Positions 54,379-64,000 of a DNA stretch of 64,000 nucleotides are shown in pieces. This DNA comes from Epiperipatus broadwayi (taxonomy: Eukaryota > Animalia > Onychophora): assembly GCA_028023455.1 (NCBI GenBank), contig JAQFVV010000007.1, forward strand, positions 15,996,001 to 16,060,000, in the 5' to 3' direction. The number at the start of each line of letters is the position of its first letter. Within the stretch, counting starts at the first letter, position 1. The notes beneath the pieces were generated by a model, which had not been told where the DNA came from, searched no databases, and saw only the letters and a program-made list of their open reading frames with translations. Both the position numbers and the translations under genes were made by a program.

Positions 54379-55462
54379 ATAGCTAGATTAAAACCTTACA
54401 ATACAACCAACTATTATAGTTTCACCTGTACTATCTGTGTTTAAAAACCCAAGTCTGAATCACCCACCTTAGATAAAAGGAAATCCTCTTCTCTACTAGG
54501 GTACAAGTTAATAATTATAATTGCTGTCCAAGACAATTTTAAACACATGTAAATATTAAATAAGTTAAGATATTAATAGCTATTAAATAAACATATTCCA
54601 AATGTAAAGCACAATTAATAAATAATTAATTTATGCTTTAAAAAAGATTTCAATGTAACTAACTATATAAGATTAAATTAAAGAATGCACAAAACTAGCT
54701 AAAACCCATATAGCTAAAGAATATAAAAAATTATTATACTTTCAACAGTCCTATCTGTGGTTAAATATCCAAGTCTGAATAAAGCATCTTAGATAAAAGG
54801 AAAACATAAGTCTATAAAAATAAATTAAAGAATGCACAGAGGTAGATGGAATGTATAAACCAACTTTTAGTTATGTTATTATAATATATCTATAAATACA
54901 AAAACTGTATTAAGGGCTAAGCTTTATTAACAAGAAAATTATTGTAGTGCCTAGCATAGTTTTGATACATAATTGTCATAGATGTAGCAATGCTTGTAAC
55001 AAAAGTAGAGAAATAAGACCTTGTTTAAAAGCTAAAAAAATACATATTATTTGCATAGTGCATTAATTACTTAGAGCAAACCACTTTATGGAAAAGGGAA
55101 TGCAAGATTCTTTCCTATTCATGGCATAATTTTTCTTGGAAATGTGCCTAGCATTCTTGATCTTTCGCTTGTCATCATTGTGTTGTGAACAAAAAACACT
55201 GAAACATGTGGACTCAAATCAATGGTCACAATTAGTGAAATGCTTGTAAAAAAACAGATTTAGTGTCTGAATGTGTTTTTGTCTGGTTATATGTGTATTT
55301 ATGCAGAAATAAAGCATTTATAAATTTTACACGTTACATTATTAGAATAGCTTTGTGCATTCCTTAATTTTTTCTCATAAAGCTATGTTTTTCTTTTATC
55401 ACTAAACATCACATGATCATTAGATCCTAAGATCTAGGTGCAGGGCTCTCAGATCCAAGGCT

Positions 55463-55502
55463 CCTCACTGATGAAGACTACAAGCCAGAAACTAGTCTGG
55501 GG
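55463..55502 (+). ncRNA. Minimal type-I hammerhead ribozyme motif
   Basis: cctca-CTGATGA-agactacaagcca-GAAA-CTAG-TC|tgggg: 5-bp stem I, palindromic stem III (ACTAGT), GUC triplet; stem II has one mismatch and extra As. Confidence 0.6.
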
Positions 55503-57293
55503 ATATTGGATGATTAGGCACAAGATAGGGATTTTATGCACACGCCTTCTGGCATCCATTGATTTCTGTATGGAGAGATTTGCCTGTTTTTCTTTTATCT
55601 TAATGTGTGATTCAGACTTGAATTTTTAAACACAGGTAGCATTGTTGGAACTGTAATAATTGCTTATGTTATATAACTACATGATTTCATTTAGCTGTGT
55701 GCATTCTTTAATTTATTTTTATATGTTGGCAATTTTTTCAAAGTGTAAATTGATTATTTATTAATCTTGTTTTGTATTTGAAACGAGTGTATATGTTCGT
55801 TTTTGATAGCTATTAATATCTTAGCTTATTTAAATTTACATTTTTTAAAAAAAAAAATGTCTTGAAATCAATTATATTTAACAACTTGCATAAGCATATT
55901 AGATAAAACAATTTTCTTTTATCTAAGATGTTTGATTCAGACTTGGATTTTTAAACAGTCATATTGTGAATGAAATGGCAGCAGTTGGTTGCATTCTACT
56001 AATATAGTCAAATCATGTTTATATATTATGAGACAAATAATTTATTTTATTAGCATTAAGTTAATTTTATAAATGTAAGTAACAAATACATATAGCCTAA
56101 TAATTAATTATAAGTTTAATATCTTAAGTGCCATATTCTATCTAGTTGATAAATTAATTTCATTCTGAATCACCAACAGTGTTGATCAAGGTATGCTTAT
56201 AAACATCAGAGCTATCAAGAATAAGTGGATTCATTCTATTTTTGATCCTTTGTTCAACATTTACAGTGCTTTTAAGTCATAGCCTAATGGGAAGATGATT
56301 TGCTCTTTATATATATATGTGTGGTGTGTAAATTTAAATGGAAGTAACAATTTTCTATAAGGATATTAATAAACAATACTCATACATCAATAAATATTAA
56401 AAAAGAAAAAAGGTGTTGATCTATTTCGTTTTGACGTTTTTAAACAAATATTTGAGTGTGATATTTATATCTGCGCTAGATTTTAATATCTACTTAAATC
56501 ATTTAAAATTATATTTATATTTTACAGGACAAAGAATGTATCTTATTTTTAAAGATCTGTAACATTAACATTAAGGTAGTTTCATAAGTGTCAATGATAA
56601 ATACCTATGACCTGATATATATTTAAATGAAAGCAACAACTTTTCTCAATCCATTAATAAATAGTACTATACATCAAAACTTAGGGAATAGGTGGCCATC
56701 TTTTCTTTAACAATATTTATTGATGTTAGTAGCTCACAGAAAGTTGTTTCATCTGTTTAAATTTATATATATTAAATGTGTAAATAGAGGAATTTGAACA
56801 CATGTGCAAAAAAGATATATGATCTCCAATATAAATATTTTGTGAAGAACCAGCACTCATATGTTAGACCAGATCATAATCTCCCACACATATTTACAAT
56901 CAGTGCTCAGTTTATATTAAGATAGCAATCTCACTCTAATGGACAGTCTTCAATTTTCTCATTCTACCAACTATTCAATTATCCATTTCATTGAAAAATT
57001 GACGAAAGAATGCTCAAAGTCCTTGATGGATTTGATATTATAGTCATATCCGTGTATCTTCATTGCACGTGTGTGGCATGTTTATCAGCTGCTTGAGATA
57101 GAGTGAAAAATTCTGAGTTCAAATTCCCCTACTTCCATTTATAAAAATCATTTAGTACAAGAAAAATTACATACTACCTTAGAAATACACACACACACAT
57201 ATATATATATTGAGATTTGACAGAATAGCTCAGAATCTAAAGGTGTGAGTTCAACTTCTAAGCGAATATTGTCATTGTGCATATAGGCCAGCA

Positions 57294-57338
57294 ACACCTG
57301 AAGAAGAGTGGAAAATAATACTACTCGAAACGTTGTGT
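57294..57338 (+). ncRNA. Minimal type-I hammerhead ribozyme motif, core intact
   Basis: acac-CTGAAGA-A-GAGTGG-aaaataata-CTACTC-GAAA-CG-TT|gtgt: 6-bp stem II, palindromic stem III (ACGT), GUU triplet, 4-bp stem I. Confidence 0.72.
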
Positions 57339-57799
57339 AATTATTAACCTGTGTTGTTGATATAAATTTGGTATGTGCTTTATTTCTTTGCACATGAGAA
57401 GTCTGTCTTGAATGTGAAACCAATTATTTTTATAATATTTTAATTTTTTTAATTTGGGCTATTTTTTTAATTCTGAAGTTGGTGTAATTTACATATACAA
57501 TGATCAGAATGCTGAAATGCCAAGTAATTGTTAAATTATTAAGCTTACATAAGGGAAAGTAATTTATGTAATAGTAATTATTTAATATATATGAATAGAC
57601 ATTCGTTTTTTTATACATCTTAAGCTAATGACTAATCATTCTTTTTTAGCTATTATCACAAGCTTTATTTTTATTTGGTAGAAATAACGTAATTTGTTTT
57701 ATTACGCTATAACACACACATAAAATTGATCGATGAATATAATAAGCAGCACACACATATAGCACAAATGTTAGTCACTAAACTAAATGTGAGGTTATC

Positions 57800-58150
57800 T
57801 ATTTTCCTGACATACGCTTTTTGGTACACAAGGTGCAGGACAAAGTTCACACAACCAACACTGGACCCCAATGCTATATTTTGCGATAAGCTCAAAGCTC
57901 TTCCAAACAAGGACAAGATAATATCCTCTAGATTTTTGTTTAATAATTCATGGAGCCTACTAGTATGTTCCACAGACTCTACATGAATTTTGGACCTGAT
58001 ATATCCACATTGTGGTGTATCTTGGAAAAAGTAGTCTATGTTGCAACATGTCGGATTCTACTAGAGAGGCATTAATTTCACACTACATGTATTCCAGCTG
58101 ATGTTAGCATTATTGGGTCAACCTCAAAAGGGGTGGACAATGCCAACAAA
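57800..58150 (+). mobile_element. Possible Tc1/mariner transposase C-terminal relic
   Basis: W..CSTDST*ILD then LWCILEKVVY resembles WPP.SPDLNPLD..WGILE.KV; heavily decayed, no TIR found. Confidence 0.3.
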
Positions 58151-61100
58151 ATAGTACATATTTACTCATATATCAACCTGCTAGTGCAGAGAATGGCTCT
58201 GGCTTACATCTACCATTCCAATGTTAGCAATGGATGAGCCAACATTAACAAAGTATTTTTATTATTCATCTGTACAATTTATTATGTCAATAAATATATA
58301 TATATATTTTAAAATAAACTAAATGTGAGAACGTGATCTCTGTAAACAGCAATATAATCAAGATAATTTTGAAATAAAGAAATACTATGACGTTAACAAA
58401 AATATTTAATTAATTAACAAGTTGGCTATTTACAATTTAGTTTATGAATAAAATAAAATTATTGATATGAACCATATAATAATTTTCTTCTTCCTTTTCT
58501 TACATATTGATATAAAAAATAATATTGTTGAAGTGCATAAGAAAGTTGGAAATGATATGATAAATAACCATATAATAGTATAGTATAATTAGATTAACCA
58601 TAAAATTACTACAGATATATTTGTCTGAAAGTTTGGGATTATGGTATTTTAGTCGTTTCTATTTTCTAATAGCAATTGTTAAATGCCTTCAGAAAAATTC
58701 AAAACTATAGCACACAGGTTAAAAGCTAATACACATTTTGACTTTATTATTCTCTTTTGTTTAGGTATTAATGGTCTGAACAGTAACTCTGCTTTCATGG
58801 AAATCAAGCCTGAGTGTTTAGATTTATAAACATTAATTTTAAGATGTTACTCCAATCAACTAAGCTATTTTGTCAAAGACAACAGTCATTAGAAGTTTCA
58901 TATACTTATCTATAAGAATTGTTCAGATCTCTCCACTCTGTTCTCAGGGCAAGGTTAATGAGAAATCAGGAGGACCTAACAGATAAATATATTAAATTTT
59001 AGCTGACTGTTGCTTTTAACAGAATAGCTAAGTTGGTTATAGTGTTACTATAAATTTAATATTCACAAATCTAAAGGTTTGGGTTTGTTTTCCATGCTAG
59101 TACTATCACTTGTCAGACTAGCAACACCTAAAGAAGAGAGATGAGTAATACCACTTAAAATATTTTGCTATCTACTAACTTGTGTGCCATTACTAACAGT
59201 TGAATATATTTGAAAAGTTTTAAAAAAGTTTGAATTTTTCTAAAAACATTTAACAATTAACATTACATAAAAGAAAATAATGCAATGTAAAATTACTATA
59301 AAACACAAACTGTATTTGTAAAAATATTTTGATATAATATTTAACATCATCAAAAATTGGTGTTTACATAGTTAATGATTTTTTTCCAATTATCTCCAGT
59401 TGGTTCATTTATTTCTTTTTCAGGTGCTAAGATGAAATGTTACTCTTCTAAATAATGCTGGCTGGCTTTCAGCTCACATAAATTAAATACTCATTTGATT
59501 TAAAATTGACTTAAAACTTTTCACACACTTTTAGAATTGTTTATAAAATAACAAAGAACATAAAAAACAACCAGATGTAAAATTTAACATGTTACACTAA
59601 ATTATACAAGCACATAAAATAATTAACTTATGATAATTATATATAATTAATATTAAGAATTAAAATCAAGATACAAATTATAAGTATGCAAATGTAAAAA
59701 AAAAAAATGAAATTAAGGATATGCATTTATTTTGATTTTTTTTTTCAATTGAATTTTTTAACGACAACAAAAAAAATTTTCATAAAATTTTTGTATTTTT
59801 CATAAATTTCATTAAGTTTTGAATCTCTATAGGAAAATTGAATTAAACTTCCAATTTTGGATTGGTCAATTATAAAATCAGCAATAAAAATATCTATTTA
59901 TTTTTTTAAATTATATTTGTTTTAATTTAATTTTTAAAACACAAATTAAAATTTTGTCAAATTATTAAAACAAACAAAGTTTTACAATTGATGAAAATAA
60001 ACTATAGCGGTAAATATAAAACATATTTTTGTCATCCAATTACAAACTACAGCTCATGTCATTGACTTCTTTTTCAACTTGTCTTCTTATAAAAGTAAAT
60101 ATTTTATAATAAAATCTGAATTCTTCTTCTAAAATAATTAATATTTTACAAATATTTTGTGAAAAAAATAATAAATGTGTAAAAAAAAAGTATAGAAAAT
60201 GTTTTTTATTTTCAAAATCAAAATGAAGAAATAGAACTGTCAAAATCAATGACAGATGAAATCAATGACCAATGTCATCCTGCAAAGAGAATATAAAACT
60301 GCCGATCAGTGCCTTTGAAGGTAGGTAATTGCATCATTGTAATAGTGTTAAATTTAAATATTATTGTCTTATTAGTCCTAAAAAATCTAAAGATGGCAGT
60401 GTAATTCAGTACTATTTCTCCTAAAAATGAATGGAAAATCAACAAAATAACATTAAAATGGTGGTTAGAAAGCAATATAAAGCCATATACAAAAAGATTC
60501 ATTCCATCCTGTTAAACCAAAATTACAAGTTCAACAATAAAAGTAATTATAAAAATAAAATATCAACTTTGCAAATAAAAATATAAAAATAAGTAATCAA
60601 AAGATTTCACTTTAATCTTCTAGTTTAAAAAATATAGCTAATAAAAAATATTATCAACCACATCTGCATATTTAAGATTAATTTTCTTAAAGCATAAATT
60701 CAAATCCTTAAATAAAATAATATTATTATAAATTCCCTGGCTTCAATTAAACATTTCATTTATATAACTGTTGATAACATTTTATTTGTTAATCTTCATC
60801 ATATAGTTGATAATATTTTTTTATATTTGCCTTAATGAATTTAGTAGGTGTGGATCTAAAATATATAACAAGATTTTAATCTTAAATAAATAAAATCTTC
60901 CTATCCCTTTTCAGAAGGTTGTTTAAACCATAGCTGTACGTCATATTATAAACTTTAATAAGTAATATGTGTCAGGTGATAGTGCTTAACCAATCCCAAT
61001 TCTGTGCAAACTTTTCTAATACCCCAAACTAATTTCAATCATATGGCTCTCATCAAGAGGAGCTTTGAACTTTGAAACAGTGTGACTGGATCTGTAAAAT

Positions 61101-61277
61101 CTAATGCATCTTCCATCCAGCAACTCTCATTTACTTCTTGGTTTTACTATCAAGTTATCACCTTGAATTAAAAAGCATAAATGTTTTCAATCTGAATTAA
61201 CCCACTTGTATAGTCAAATTTATTTGAAACTTGTTTTGTATCTATATATTATGTGACCTTAGTTTTTTAGCAGCTAC

Positions 61278-61466
61278 AAAATTATTCAAACGCAAGTCAA
61301 TCTCCAATAATGTGCTATTTCTTAAATATTATAAATTTCCATGCACTTTCCTGCTGGTAAGAATTTAAAAAACTTAAGTGAATCTTGGCGGCAGGAGAGT
61401 ATGTGGAGATTTATAATATTTAAGAATTAGCACATTATCGGAGATTGACTTCCATTTGAATAATTT
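61278..61466. repeat. Foldback (~87-bp arms, ~14-nt loop)
   Basis: aagtcaatctccaataatgtgcta.ttcttaaatattataaat.tcca pairs with tggagatttataatatttaagaattagcacattatcggagattgactt. Confidence 0.8.
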
Positions 61467-63337
61467 CAAAGTTTTCAGGGCTTTCTAATAATGGGTTATA
61501 TAAACAATATTACCCTGCAGCTAGGATCATTATAGAATTAATAAAATATACACGTTTCCATCACATGACACTAACTTACAAATTTCTTTTTCAGCAGCAT
61601 ACTTTTTTTCACATTTTGCCACCTATTGTAAGCCAAAGTAACTAATTGATGCCAGGTGATAGTCCTTAATAAATCTGTATCCTGTGTTGATTTATCCAAT
61701 ATTCTGAAATGTTTCATGTTTATGGAATCATTGTGAATGAAAAAAACATATGCTATTAAAACAGGAATATATATGCTGGAGTCATGTGATATTTTATATC
61801 AATCTTTGCCACAGCATAAAAGTGCCTTTAATTGTTAAAAACTAAGATAATCATAACATAGAGATACTGAACTTATTTTAGATCTATATGACTACATAAG
61901 TAAGGTGGCTAATATTGAAAATATATGTTTACAATTTGGACTAATGTCTTGATAGTAAAACATGGGAGATAAATTATGGCTGCTAAAGAAAAGGTACATT
62001 AGATTTTAAAAGTCTAGGGTTACCGTTCCAGGATTAAAGGTCTTCATCATGAAAGTCAGCTTGAAATTAATCTGGGAATATTGGACAGATAGCTTTAGGC
62101 ACTATCTTCTGGCATCTGTTAGTTACTAAAGCTTATAGTAGGGGGTATTGCTGTGGTAAAAGTAAAAGGGAAGCTGCTGAAAGAGCACATTGTAAACTGG
62201 AGTCATGTAATGTTGTATAAAATCTAAATATTAATGTGTGTAAATAAAAAGTTTAAACATATCATTTCTAAACATTGTAACACAGATAAATTGAAATCTA
62301 TAAAATAAAAATGTTGAAACAACCATAGCAAGTCATTATTTTCCCATGCTAGTGCAAATGTTAATAAAAATACACTAATAGACACAATTATATTTTGCTG
62401 ATAATTATGCAAAAAATTTAACTAAATAGTATTTAATATATAAACATAGAATAATCCTTTTCATCATATAATAAAATAATTTCAATTTAGTATTATAAAA
62501 TAAGAGTTTTTTTTTATGCTGGGTATTATAATTATTAGGATATTAGGTTTTTCTCTTTATTGTTATTGCATTGGAGCAGAATAGATATTAAAAATTTGAC
62601 ATGCATAACACGTGATCCATATCAGCAAATTTATATTTGATGGCACTATCCATTATGAATCTTTATAATGCTCATTATTATCACTAGTATGCAACTTTTA
62701 TTTTATGTTGATCCTTTTGTGTACCTGATCTACAATAAATCTACTATGGTAGCTTACTCAAAACATTTATTTCATTAGACCACCTTTTATTTTTTCACTT
62801 TAATTCCATTATCAAACATGTACACTATTCTTTTAAATAAATATTGCTTCTAAATTAACTATTCCATTAATGCAATAATGTCAAAATAAATTTTGATGTC
62901 TTAAATAAACCATTGCAAATATTTTAATCTTATAAGATATCTAGCACTAATGTATCATGTAAAGTAAATATTGTATCACTAATTTAAATTATCTTTAAAA
63001 ACATTTATTTATTACTTTTTACAATGAATAGCTTATTACATCATAGCAGAAAGTTTTATCTAGTTTATTAGATGGATAATCTCTTATCATAATCTTAATG
63101 TTTTTTTTAAAGTGATGTTTAAATATTTATAGTTCTCTATGGAGGATGTTTAATTTCTGGTAAAAATTCAGAGTTGTTAGAGTTCAAAATATTTGTATGG
63201 AATATTGACCATACTCCAAGGTTACTGATGAAGGCAGTTATTCATAAAATTTGCTGAATAATTAATCAATTTTTCATATAGTATGAGAAATATTACCAAA
63301 TTCACTAATTCCTTTATTTTTCTGTAATATCTTATAG

Positions 63338-63863
63338 AAATGCAATTTATCCACTGTATTTTAAACACTTTTTATCAAAAATCTTTTATTGTACATATAT
63401 GCATACACAAACTTACATTTCAACTGTCCTGCAGTCTTCTTCAGAGCTATGATATAATGAACAAAATAAAATAAAATACATAACTATATAAATAATATCA
63501 TAAAAAAATGTAAAAAAAAATATAACAAAACATAATAAAACTGAAATAAATATAATAAAACCGAAAGGCACATGCATAATTTATTTTATATTTATATTGT
63601 ATATTTTATTTTATATTAACTGGATTATTTTATTTGGGTTTTATTATATTTATTTCAGTTTTATTATGTTTTGTTATATTTTATGTTTTTTATTGTTTAC
63701 ATTTTTGTGGTATTATTTATATAGTTATGTATTTTATTTTGTTCATTATATCATAGCTCTGAAAAACACTGCAGATCAGTCAAAACATAAGATTATGTAT
63801 GCATATATCTACTATAAAAGATTTTTAATAAAAAGTGTTTAAAATAGTGGATAAATTGCATTT
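63338..63863. repeat. Inverted repeat (~225-bp arms) with a hammerhead motif in each arm
   Basis: Arms 63338-63562 and 63637-63863; minus copy atagct-CTGAAGA-A-GACTG-cagga-CAGTT-GAAA-TGTA|agtt; plus copy at 63752-63797 is degenerate. Confidence 0.85.
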
Positions 63864-64000
63864 ATGTAGTATGAGCAATGAAATATTCCAAAAATTTGAG
63901 CTGAGTCAAAAAAAAAAATATTATGCATGACGATTGGTACTAGCATTTCTTCAAATTTATTTATAGATAATTCAAAATGCATTTATTAAAAAATATTATT

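Noticed and set aside
63597-63842. Hydrophobic short ORFs here and at 4037, 17534, 23816, 25247, 40013, 48341
   Set aside because: F/I/L/Y-rich products expected from T-rich low-complexity DNA or the antisense of LINE relics.
1-64000. CRISPR arrays, rRNA, intact tRNA genes, prokaryotic systems
   Set aside because: None seen; the DNA is spliced eukaryotic sequence and all tRNA-like motifs are degenerate repeat heads.

Overview
AT-rich eukaryotic DNA, most likely arthropod judging by the Eph sequence; it is not prokaryotic. 2196-22588 (+) holds the last 7 coding exons of an Eph receptor tyrosine kinase gene (kinase domain, SAM domain, C-terminal -SEGFLV), which I spliced by hand into one open frame. 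The probable 3' UTR runs to about 24370. The introns and the remaining ~40 kb are a transposon graveyard: a deleted mariner, three hAT elements with perfect 8-bp TSDs, RTE-type LINE relics, a young 5'-truncated L1/Tx1, a U6 pseudogene and many foldback/inverted-repeat elements. Most notable: (i) about 11 minimal type-I hammerhead-ribozyme motifs in three families, one fused to a tRNA-like Pol III head; (ii) a candidate alternative last exon that would give a SAM-less Eph ending in -LTCV; (iii) an element whose long TIRs look like outward-facing tRNA heads; (iv) strong CpG decay in old repeats. All alignments and counts were done by eye, with no database searches.
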